64,000 nucleotides of DNA. Source: Alphaproteobacteria bacterium. GTDB lineage: Bacteria > Pseudomonadota > Alphaproteobacteria > GCA-2731375. The notes beneath the pieces are model-generated. The model saw nothing but the letters and a program-made list of their open reading frames with translations, was not told the DNA's origin and ran no database searches. The stretch covers positions 17,086 through 81,085 of the forward strand of contig JASMDX010000075.1 of NCBI GenBank assembly GCA_030752605.1. The letters run 5' to 3'. This document shows positions 37,920 through 46,514 of this stretch, one piece after another (the stretch's first letter is position 1; each line of letters starts with the position of its first letter). The translations under genes and the position numbers were made by a program.

Positions 37920-38555
37920 TTAGGCTGATGTCAAGAACACGGCAGCAGCATCCATCGCCGCTTGCCAATTGCCATCCTGGGTGAAGCCGGAGCGTTTGCG
38001 CGGCTTCAGATCATGATTGCCGTCAGGGCACCAATGGAACCGTATGGCGTTGGATAAGGTATAGCCTTCCACCTCCGCTCGGCTGCCGAGTTTGTCCCGC
38101 TCACCCTGAACAAACAGGCTGGGCAGGGCCAAATCCGCCAGGTGCTCGGTGCGCAGCCGTTCCGGCTTGCCGGCGGGGTGAAAGGGATAACCCAGACAGA
38201 CCAGGGCCTGGACTTCCGGCGCGTCCGGTTCGGCGGCCAGCAGCGAGGCCATGCGCCCACCCATGGATTTGCCGCCGATGGCCAGCCGCTCACCAACGCC
38301 CTCCTCGCGCAGCCGTGCGATGACCTCGCGCCAGGATTGCAATAGAATTGCTTGCCGGTCCGGTGGCGGTCTGTTGCCCGTGGCGCGGCGGGTTACCATA
38401 TAGGGGAATTCAAAGCGCACCACTTTGATGCCTTGCTCACCCAAGCCTTCGGCGAAGGTTGTCATGAAGGGGCTATCCATGGCCGCGCCGGCGCCATGGG
38501 CCAGCACAAAGGTTGCTTCGGCTCCCTCGGGGCCGTCGTATAAGAAATTAGCCAT
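37920..38555 (-). CDS. alpha/beta hydrolase (KANL3/Tex30-like esterase family)
   Basis: Start at MANFLYDGPEGAEATFVLAHGAGAAMDSPFM… …IGGKSMGGRMAS nucleophile elbow. Confidence 0.65.
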   Translation of the reverse strand: MANFLYDGPEGAEATFVLAHGAGAAMDSPFMTTFAEGLGEQGIKVVRFEFPYMVTRRATGNRPPPDRQAILLQSWREVIARLREEGVGERLAIGGKSMGGRMASLLAAEPDAPEVQALVCLGYPFHPAGKPERLRTEHLADLALPSLFVQGERDKLGSRAEVEGYTLSNAIRFHWCPDGNHDLKPRKRSGFTQDGNWQAAMDAAAVFLTSA

Positions 38556-39393
38556 GTCCGAGAGCATACTGCAAAACGAGGGCACAATCCGCCTGACTAT
38601 TTTCTTGGGTGTTCTGGCCGGCATGGCGCTGTGGGAGCTTGCCGCCCCGCGCCGCATCCTGACCCAGAACAAGCCGTACCGTTGGTTCGGCAATCTGGGC
38701 ATCGTGGTGCTGAACACCGCCCTGGGACGCCTGCTCTTTCCCATCCTGGCCGTGGGTGCGGCCTATTGGGCGGAGCAAAATTTCTGGGGGCTGTTCAATT
38801 GGCTGGCGCTACCCGGCTGGCTGGAGGTCGCGGTGGCTGCCGCCCTGCTGGATCTGACCGTCTATTGGCAGCACCGCCTGTTCCACAAGATCCCGCTTTT
38901 ATGGCGCTTGCACCGGATGCACCATGCGGACCCGGATTTTGACGTTACCACGGCGCTGCGCTTTCATCCCTTGAAAATCGCCCTTTCCATGCTGATCAAG
39001 CTGGGTGCGGTGGCGATCCTGGGACCCGCCGCATTGGCCGTGCTGATATTCGAGGTGCTGTTGAATGGCACCGCCATGTTCAACCATGGCAACGTGCGCT
39101 TGCCTCTTGGACTGGACCGTTGGTTGCGTCTGTTGGTGGTAACGCCGCATATGCGCCGGGTGCATCATTCCGTTGAGGCAGGGGAATACAACAGCAATTT
39201 CGGCTTCAATCTGCCTTGGTGGGACCGCCTGTTCGGATCCTACCGGGCTCAGCCGGTGCTGGGTCATGATGAAATGCGGATCGGCCTGCCCGAATACGGT
39301 GGCGGCATTTGCGCCAATCTGATCTGGATGCTAGTGCTTCCCTTCAAGCCGCTGCAGGCTGAATCGCAAGGAATTGAACATGACCAAGGTTGA
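38554..39393 (+). CDS. sterol desaturase / fatty-acid hydroxylase superfamily membrane protein
   Basis: His boxes HRLFHK…HRMHH…HHSVE. N-terminal TM, then WELAAPRR. Confidence 0.7.
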   Translation: MSESILQNEGTIRLTIFLGVLAGMALWELAAPRRILTQNKPYRWFGNLGIVVLNTALGRLLFPILAVGAAYWAEQNFWGLFNWLALPGWLEVAVAAALLDLTVYWQHRLFHKIPLLWRLHRMHHADPDFDVTTALRFHPLKIALSMLIKLGAVAILGPAALAVLIFEVLLNGTAMFNHGNVRLPLGLDRWLRLLVVTPHMRRVHHSVEAGEYNSNFGFNLPWWDRLFGSYRAQPVLGHDEMRIGLPEYGGGICANLIWMLVLPFKPLQAESQGIEHDQG

Positions 39394-40435
39394 GGTTGAT
39401 AGCCTGCCCGTATCCGTGATCACGGGCTTTCTGGGCAGTGGCAAGACCACCCTGTTGAACCGTTTGATTCAGCATCCGGGCATGGCCAAAACCGCTGTGG
39501 TAATCAACGAGTTTGGCGAGATCGGCATCGACAACATGCTGGTGGAAAGCGTCGATGATGATGTGGTCTTGATGTCCAGCGGCTGTCTGTGCTGCACCAT
39601 TCGGGGTGAATTGGTGGATACCTTGAAAAGTCTGTTCACCCGCCGCGCCAAACAGGAAATTCCGGATTTCGAGCGTCTGGTGATCGAAACCACGGGCTTG
39701 GCCGACCCCGCGCCCATCCTACACACCCTGATGGCCGATCCGTTCCTTATGGGCCGCTACCGCCTGGACGGCGTCATCTCGACGGCGGATGCGATGTTGG
39801 CGGCGAATACCATGGAGAAACATGCCGAGGCAATAAAGCAGGCCGCGGTGGCCGACCGTATCGTTATTACCAAGTCGGATCTGGCCGACGACGGCGCCAT
39901 CGAGGCGTTGGAGGGACTACTAAGCGGACTAAACCCGGCGGCCCATATTCACCGCGCCGCCCATGGCGAGATTGATCCAGCACTTTTGTTCAATGCCGGC
40001 CTGTATGACCCGGAAACCAAATCCCTGGATGTGCAGCGCTGGTTGTCTGCGGAAGCCTATGAAGAGCCGGACGGGCACGGGCATGATCATGGCCATGAGC
40101 ATGACGTAAATCGCCACGATGATCAGATCCAGGCCTATTGTGTTTATCTCGACGAGCGTCTGCCTTGGGATCAGATCGCCAGCTGGCTGGAACTGCTGAC
40201 CACCTATCGTGGCGATGATATTCTGCGCATCAAGGGCATGCTGAACGTGGCGGAAAGCGAGACGCCCATCGTGGTCCATGGCGTGCAGCATATGTTCCAT
40301 CCGCCGGTACAGTTGGACGAATGGCCCGATGACGACCATCGCTCCCGCATTGTCTTCATCACTCGTGGCCTGGATCGGGAGGTAGTGGAAAACATGCTGA
40401 TAGCGCTGACTCAGAAAGAAGGCTCAGCCGTCTAG
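39380..40435 (+). CDS. COG0523 (CobW/ZigA-like) GTP-binding metallochaperone with His-rich segment
   Basis: GFLGSGKTT P-loop. SGCLCCT CxCC metal motif. HGHDHGHEHD His-rich stretch. C-terminal CobW_C domain. Confidence 0.8.
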   Translation: MTKVEVDSLPVSVITGFLGSGKTTLLNRLIQHPGMAKTAVVINEFGEIGIDNMLVESVDDDVVLMSSGCLCCTIRGELVDTLKSLFTRRAKQEIPDFERLVIETTGLADPAPILHTLMADPFLMGRYRLDGVISTADAMLAANTMEKHAEAIKQAAVADRIVITKSDLADDGAIEALEGLLSGLNPAAHIHRAAHGEIDPALLFNAGLYDPETKSLDVQRWLSAEAYEEPDGHGHDHGHEHDVNRHDDQIQAYCVYLDERLPWDQIASWLELLTTYRGDDILRIKGMLNVAESETPIVVHGVQHMFHPPVQLDEWPDDDHRSRIVFITRGLDREVVENMLIALTQKEGSAV

Positions 40436-41133
40436 GTTGGCGGCCTTCCAGTCTTCATAAGCCTGCAAAGTCGCGGCATTGGGCGGATAGGTGCCTATGG
40501 TGGGATGGCCGGCTTCGACCCGCGATTTAAGAAAACCTTCCAACCGTTCCTGTTCCGAGCCGTCGTTGGCGACTTCCTCGGCCATGGCTTGTGGTACGAC
40601 CACGACGCCATCGCTGTCCCCGACCAGCACATCGCCTGGCAGGACCGCGATGCCACCACAGGCGATGGGGCGCTGTAAATCCGCACCAAAATGGACATTT
40701 AGACTGGCTGGCGCAGCGCTGCCGGCGCAAAAAACCGGTAGTAATCCGGCTGCCACCTCAACCCCGTCCCGGACGGGTCCGTCACTGATTACCGCCGCGA
40801 TACCCCGCTCCTGCAACCGTGCCGCCAAAATGTCGCCGATCACGCCGGCGCTTAGTTCGCCACGGGCATCGATGACCATGGCGTGGCCTGGGGGATGTCT
40901 TCAACCGCCTTACGCGGCGGGTACTCCGGGTCGCCCAGCACCTCCACACGGGACAAATCCTCGCGCATGGGTATAAATCGAAGGGTATAAGCCAAAGCGG
41001 CGAAGCGGCAATTCTCCGGATCTAGGGGCCGGGCGCCAACAATGAAACAATTGCGCAGGCCGCGTTTTAGCAATTGCATGGTCAGCGTTACGGTCGAAAT
41101 GCCCTCGAATAGCTGCAATACCTCTGGTTTCAT
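40424..41133 (-). pseudogene. RraA-family (RraA/HMG-CHA aldolase-like) gene disrupted by a -1 frameshift in a C5 homopolymer
   Basis: Two overlapping ORFs: 40852-41133 (N-terminal part …AVEDIP) and 40424-40879 (MVIDARGELSAGVIGDILAA…). Adding one C to the CCCCC run (plus-strand GGGGG at 40890-40894) restores …DIPPGHAMVIDARGE… and a ~236-aa RraA-like protein. Confidence 0.7.
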
Positions 41134-42311
41134 AGCAGGTTCCGAGCCGATAAATTAGCCAGCAGGGCACCGACGCCGAAGGTCCAGGGCGGGATCTTGT
41201 CCGTATGGTTGATCTGATTGGTCAGGCTGCCCAACAGAGGGTTGGCGATGGTGACTATATCGCCCAGATGATGGGTAAAGCCCTGGCCGGGGGCGTCGCG
41301 GTCCTCGGTGGGGGCGAACATGGTGCCTGTGAACAGCAACAAACCGTCGGGAAAATGATTGTGCGGCCCACAGGCATAGGTGGCCAGGTCGGCCAGATCG
41401 CGGCTGATTTCGGCAATCGAGGAGCTGCCTTGCAATTCGAAGCCATCGCTGCCTGAAACCCAAAGGCTAATGTCCATGGCGCGGACATGGCCGAGGTTGA
41501 AACCGTCATCAAACAGGCGGATGAATGGTCCCACGGCGCAGGAGGCGCGGTTGTCCTTGGCCTTACCCAGCAACAATGCGCTGCGGCCCTCGAAATCCCG
41601 TAAATTAACGTCGTTGCCCAGGCAGGCGCCAACAATACGGCCGTCCGGCGCAATGGCCAGGACGATTTCCGGTTCCGGGTTGTTCCAGGAGGATTTGGGG
41701 TGGATGCCGATCTCGGCCCCGATGCCAACGGCGGCCATGGGTTGGGATTTAGTGAAGACCTCCGCATCCGGGCCGATGCCGACTTCCAGGTATTGTGACC
41801 ATAGGCCCCGTTCCTCCAAGACCGCCTTGACGCGGGCGGCTTCTTCGGAACCCGGCGCGATATCCGCCAGGGACTGGCCAATCTCGGCCCCAATGGCGTT
41901 GCGGATCTCTGCCGCCTTGTTCGGATCGCCTTTGGCCTGTTCCTCGATCACCCGTTCTAGCATGGAACTGACAAAGGTCACGCCACAGGCCTTTAGCGCT
42001 TGCAGGTCTGCCGGTGCCAGAAAATAGGGTTGCTCGGAATCCCGGTTATCGTGGGCGCCGTTGGCGAGCATTGCCTCTACATCGCCCAGGCGCACGCCCT
42101 TGCCTTCAATGGCGGCGGCCGCCGGATTTTCCATGGCCAGCAATCCCGAGAGGGTGGGCGAGACAGACAATAGATCAAAGACGCCGTCGTCGCTGACCAG
42201 GACCGGTGTTGGCCCACCCCAATCGCCCGGCAGCCAGACGCGGCCGACAAAGCATCCGGCCAGACCATCTTCGGGCAAGGTATTCGCGGCGGTGAGTGAA
42301 ATCTGGGTCAT
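41130..42311 (-). CDS. fumarylacetoacetate hydrolase (FAH) family protein
   Basis: 393 aa from MTQISLTAANTL… with GAGGAAA RBS. FAH-fold C-terminal domain. Stop overlaps the RraA-like start (ATGA). Confidence 0.7.
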   Translation of the reverse strand: MTQISLTAANTLPEDGLAGCFVGRVWLPGDWGGPTPVLVSDDGVFDLLSVSPTLSGLLAMENPAAAAIEGKGVRLGDVEAMLANGAHDNRDSEQPYFLAPADLQALKACGVTFVSSMLERVIEEQAKGDPNKAAEIRNAIGAEIGQSLADIAPGSEEAARVKAVLEERGLWSQYLEVGIGPDAEVFTKSQPMAAVGIGAEIGIHPKSSWNNPEPEIVLAIAPDGRIVGACLGNDVNLRDFEGRSALLLGKAKDNRASCAVGPFIRLFDDGFNLGHVRAMDISLWVSGSDGFELQGSSSIAEISRDLADLATYACGPHNHFPDGLLLFTGTMFAPTEDRDAPGQGFTHHLGDIVTIANPLLGSLTNQINHTDKIPPWTFGVGALLANLSARNLL

Positions 42312-42461
42312 TTGGTCTGTTTCCTCAAGAGCTTCCCGGCATTCATGGCCGCCAGTATGGCAATAGCGGGGCCAAGGGGGAAGCGGCAAAGAAGTTGTTG
42401 GACCCCGGGCAAAGCGGCTACATTTGTCCGCACGGCCCCAGATTAACGTAAGGACAACGAA

Positions 42462-42968
42462 ATGCCCGCCAATGCCCGCCTTATTGCAGCGCTTGCCGCT
42501 GTTTTGTACCTTTTCACTTCGCTGGTCCCGGCGCAGGCCATTTCGGCGCGAGAAAAGGACTTTCAAGATTGGCGCCTGCGTTGCGAGCGCAAGAGCGACA
42601 ATGATCCCGAACGCTGCTTTATCATGCAGATCGCCAAGGCCTTGAAGAACAAACGCGATATCCTGCGTATCGGAGTGCGCTACCTGGAACCGGAAAAACC
42701 GGCCATGATATTTCTGACTCTGCCCTTGGGGATTTATCTGCCCGATGGTTTGCTGTTTCTGGTCGATGGGGGCGAGATCCTAAACATACCGGTGGAAATC
42801 TGCATGGCCAATGGTTGCCACACGCGCATGGCGCTGGAAGGCGCTTTGTTGAAAACTCTAAAAGGCGGGCGTCAGGCCACCTTGACCTTTTATGATGGCC
42901 AGCAGCAAAAGATCACTGTGCCGATTTCCTTGGCCGGGTTTACAGCCGCCTATGCCGCCTTAAAATAA
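42462..42968 (+). CDS. invasion-associated locus B (IalB) family protein, secreted
   Basis: Signal peptide MPANARLIAALAAVLYLFTSLVPAQA. IalB-like body (…WRLRCERK…CFIMQ…). Confidence 0.6.
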   Translation: MPANARLIAALAAVLYLFTSLVPAQAISAREKDFQDWRLRCERKSDNDPERCFIMQIAKALKNKRDILRIGVRYLEPEKPAMIFLTLPLGIYLPDGLLFLVDGGEILNIPVEICMANGCHTRMALEGALLKTLKGGRQATLTFYDGQQQKITVPISLAGFTAAYAALK

Positions 42969-42986
42969 GCAAGAAAATAGGGAGAA

Positions 42987-44030
42987 ATGATTATGACAGA
43001 GACACCAGCAATAGACCCCACGGATCTGATGTGGGAATACCTGAAAGGCTTCCACGCCGTGCATCATATGGCGATCGGCAACGAACTGGGCCTGTTTGCC
43101 AAGATCAACGAGGCCGGGGAGGGCGGTCGCACGCCGGCCAGTCTGGCGGCGGATTTGGATCTTCACGGGCTCTACGTCGATGTCTGGTGCAAGACCGGTT
43201 ATCACTACGGCCTGCTGGAAGAGGGCGAGGCGGGCTGTTTTGTTCTGGCCGAGATGATGGATAAACTATTGGTGAATGCCGGCGATCCGCGCAATTTGGC
43301 GCCGCTTATTTCTTCGACGGTGAATTATGGCAGCGATGATTTGCGTACATATGCCGAGAATTTCAGGACCGGCGGGACGCATCGTTTTCAGGAACATGGT
43401 GATGATTTTTCACGCCATGTGGGCGATTCCACGGCGGGTTTCCATACCGTCGTGGCCCGGCGCATGCTAGGTGGCATCCCCGGCCTGAAGGGCAAGTTGG
43501 AAGCTGGCGCCAAGGTGCTGGATGTGGGCTGCGGCATCGGTGGCCTGATGATGAAGGTGGCCCAAGCTTGGCCCAATTGCGAATGCGTCGGTGTTGATAT
43601 CGATCCCCATGGCGTACAGCAGGCCCGTGCCAAGGTCGCGGCCTCGGACGTGGCCGACCGGGTCACGGTGGAAGCCGTGGGCTCAGACGGGATTGGCCAT
43701 GATGGTGAATTCGATCTGGCCATCATGTTCGAAGTGTTGCACGAGATTGACGATGGCATCCGCCCTGATGTTATCAAGGATGTTGCGAAATCCCTGAAGA
43801 CTGGCGGGGTAATGTTCATTCTGGATGAAACCTATCCATCCGATCTCTCCGGCTTGCGTGATCCCAGTTATAACTTCGCTGTTCAGACGCAATTCAATGA
43901 GTTGATCTGGGGCAACGTGGTGCCGACCATCGAGATGCAGCGTGAGTTGTTCGCCGGCGCCGGGTTGAAGGAAGTTGCCCGCGAGCCCATCGGTGGCATC
44001 TTCACTATGTTGGTCGCTGTGAAGGAGTAG
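42987..44030 (+). CDS. class I SAM-dependent methyltransferase (O-methyltransferase-like)
   Basis: …VLDVGCGIGGLMM… motif I. …DLAIMFEVLHEI… motif II/III. N-terminal dimerisation-like domain. Confidence 0.7.
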   Translation: MIMTETPAIDPTDLMWEYLKGFHAVHHMAIGNELGLFAKINEAGEGGRTPASLAADLDLHGLYVDVWCKTGYHYGLLEEGEAGCFVLAEMMDKLLVNAGDPRNLAPLISSTVNYGSDDLRTYAENFRTGGTHRFQEHGDDFSRHVGDSTAGFHTVVARRMLGGIPGLKGKLEAGAKVLDVGCGIGGLMMKVAQAWPNCECVGVDIDPHGVQQARAKVAASDVADRVTVEAVGSDGIGHDGEFDLAIMFEVLHEIDDGIRPDVIKDVAKSLKTGGVMFILDETYPSDLSGLRDPSYNFAVQTQFNELIWGNVVPTIEMQRELFAGAGLKEVAREPIGGIFTMLVAVKE

Positions 44031-44035
44031 CGGTC

Positions 44036-44830
44036 ATGGCATCCGACCCCATCAGCGGTGCCGCGCGCTATCTGTTCGACGCCGCCCAGGCCAAGGAACA
44101 GGGCGCGCCGTTGCCGAGCGATCTGGCGCCCGCAGATGTGGCAACGGCCTATCTGGTCCAAGACATGCTGCAGGCCTTTTGGACCGAGTCCGGCGCCGGC
44201 GAGGTGGTGGGATGGAAGGTCGCCCTGACATCCAAGGTAATGCAGGAACTGGTTGGCGTGGCGCAACCTTGCGAGGGCGCGATTTTTGCCTCCCGTATGC
44301 ATCATGGCACCGCCAGTCTAGCGCATGACAGCCTGGTCAATATCGGCGTGGAGTCTGAGATTGCCGTGCGCATTGCCCATGATCTGCCGGCGTTGGATGG
44401 CCCCTACGATCAGAACAATATCGCCGAGGCTGTGGCGGCTTGTATGGCCGCTATCGAAATCGTCGACGACCGGGCCATCGACTACAGCCTGGTCGATGCG
44501 CCGCTTCTGATCTCTGACAATTCCTTCAATGCTGGCTGCATCCTGGGTGAAGAGGTCACGGCCTGGCAGGATCTGGATCTGGCGGCATTGCCGGGCCGCA
44601 TGCTGATCAACGACGAGGTCGTGGGTGAAGGCGTTGGCCGCGATGCCTTGGGCCATCCCCTGGTGCCGCTAGCCTGGCTGGCCAACAACCTGAATGAACG
44701 GGGGACCATGTTGCGGGCCGGCGACGTGGTTCTGACCGGCTCTATCGTTGCCACCAAATGGCTGCAACCGGGTGATCATATGGTCAGCGAAGTTGATGGT
44801 CTGGGCCGGGCCGGTCTGACCGTGACTTAA
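44036..44830 (+). CDS. 2-keto-4-pentenoate hydratase family protein, paralog 2
   Basis: …AYLVQDMLQ…VVGWKVALTS… colinear with the 36588-37421 paralog. Confidence 0.65.
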   Translation: MASDPISGAARYLFDAAQAKEQGAPLPSDLAPADVATAYLVQDMLQAFWTESGAGEVVGWKVALTSKVMQELVGVAQPCEGAIFASRMHHGTASLAHDSLVNIGVESEIAVRIAHDLPALDGPYDQNNIAEAVAACMAAIEIVDDRAIDYSLVDAPLLISDNSFNAGCILGEEVTAWQDLDLAALPGRMLINDEVVGEGVGRDALGHPLVPLAWLANNLNERGTMLRAGDVVLTGSIVATKWLQPGDHMVSEVDGLGRAGLTVT

Positions 44831-44843
44831 GGTTGGATGTGAT

Positions 44844-46403
44844 ATGAGCAATTTGCACCAAGGCCTGACCAATCCATTATTGATGCTGCGGACCCTTGCC
44901 CGCTGGGGCAGCCGGGTCGCCTTCAGCGGTTATGGCGGCGCCTTTACCTACGCCCAATGCCATGATCTGGTGGGACGTTACCAAGCGGTCATGCAAGGTG
45001 CGGGCGTAACGCGCGGACAGCGAATTGCCTTGTTGAACGCCAATCGGGCCGAGGCTTGGCTGGCGAGTATCGCGGCACAAGGCCTGGGCCTGTGCGCTAT
45101 CTCCCTGCATCCTCTGGGTGCTTACGAAGACCAGCAATTCATTCTTGAAGATGCTGAAATCGACCATTTGTTCGTAGATACGGAAAACTATCTCGAACGG
45201 GGTGCCGAATTGGCGGCGGCAACGCCACGACTGCAAAATGTCTTTACCTTGGGCCCGGCGGATTATGGCCTGGATATCCGGCTTGCAGGTAGCAATGTGG
45301 GGGCGGTGTCGCCGGTCAACCTATGCCAGCCAGATGACGACGGGATGCTGGGCTATACCGGAGGTACCACGGGAAAATCCAAGGGTGCTCTGCGCCGACA
45401 TCATTCCTTTGTCGCCATGATCAACGCGGTAACGGCGGATTTTGAATGGCCCGACGACATCGTTTACCTTGCCGTGGCGCCGATTTCTCATGTCGGCGGC
45501 ACAAAAATTCCAACGACCTTGTTGCGCGGCGGTAGGGTCCATATGCACCATGGTTTTGATCCGGAAGCGGTGCTGGATGATATCGGGACGGAACAGATTT
45601 CGGCCACGCTGCTGGTGCCGACCATGGTCAATATCCTGCTCGACCATCCGAAACTGGATGAGGCCGATCTTTCCAGTTTGGAATTGCTGATGTATGGCGC
45701 CGCGCCTATGTCGCCCACCCGTTTGTTGGAAGGGTTGGAGCGGATCGGCCCGGTGTTCTGCCAACTATACGGCCAGACCGAAGGCTATCCCCTGACCGTG
45801 TTGCGCAAGGGCGATCATAATAGGGATGCTCCCGATCTATTCGCGGCCTGTGGCCATCCATGTACCTCGGTCCAGATCGCCTTGCTGGACGAGGAAGGCA
45901 ACGAAGTGCCGGCGGGCGAGGTGGGCGAAATCTGCGCCCAGGCACCGCAGGTGATGGACGAATACTGGCAGCGCCCGGAACAGACGGCGGAGACACTGGC
46001 GAACGGCTGGCTGCATACGGGCGACATGGCCTATGCCGACGAGCGCGGCTATCTCTATATTGTCGATCGCAAGAAGGACATGATCATCACGGGCGGTTTC
46101 AACGTCTTTCCCCGCGAAGTGGAAGATGTCTTGACCACGGATCAAAACGTCGCCATGGCTGCGGTGATCGGTGTGCCCGACGATAAATGGGGCGAAGCGG
46201 TTAAGGCCGTGGTGATTCCACGCCCTGGAGCCGAGATCGATGTAGATGCCCTGATCCAGCGGGTCCGGGATGCCAAGGGCGCGGTGCAGGCGCCGAAATC
46301 AGTGGATATAGTGGAGGAAATTCCTCTGACCCCCCTGGGTAAGCCGGATAAGAAGGCCTTACGTGAGACCTATTGGGCCGGCCAAGGCCGCCGCGTCGGG
46401 TAA
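44844..46403 (+). CDS. AMP-dependent acyl-CoA synthetase/ligase
   Basis: …YTGGTTGKSKGA… AMP-binding motif. …TGDMAYADERGYLYIVDRKKDMI…. Confidence 0.8.
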   Translation: MSNLHQGLTNPLLMLRTLARWGSRVAFSGYGGAFTYAQCHDLVGRYQAVMQGAGVTRGQRIALLNANRAEAWLASIAAQGLGLCAISLHPLGAYEDQQFILEDAEIDHLFVDTENYLERGAELAAATPRLQNVFTLGPADYGLDIRLAGSNVGAVSPVNLCQPDDDGMLGYTGGTTGKSKGALRRHHSFVAMINAVTADFEWPDDIVYLAVAPISHVGGTKIPTTLLRGGRVHMHHGFDPEAVLDDIGTEQISATLLVPTMVNILLDHPKLDEADLSSLELLMYGAAPMSPTRLLEGLERIGPVFCQLYGQTEGYPLTVLRKGDHNRDAPDLFAACGHPCTSVQIALLDEEGNEVPAGEVGEICAQAPQVMDEYWQRPEQTAETLANGWLHTGDMAYADERGYLYIVDRKKDMIITGGFNVFPREVEDVLTTDQNVAMAAVIGVPDDKWGEAVKAVVIPRPGAEIDVDALIQRVRDAKGAVQAPKSVDIVEEIPLTPLGKPDKKALRETYWAGQGRRVG

Positions 46404-46514
46404 TCGTGGAAATGATGAAGGAAGCGGAAGCTTTGTGCGGCGATTTATTGTAAAAGCATATTCACGCAACGACGTTACCTACCTCTCCGCGAACCCCTGT
46501 TAGGGAGCCGAACA

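Noticed and set aside
37779-37920. Search for a HicA toxin partner upstream of the HicB-like gene
   Set aside because: All three minus-strand frames were translated. Only a 42-codon ATG-less stretch and an unrelated 97-aa overlapping ORF exist. Nothing resembles the ~60-aa HicA dsRBD-like fold motif.
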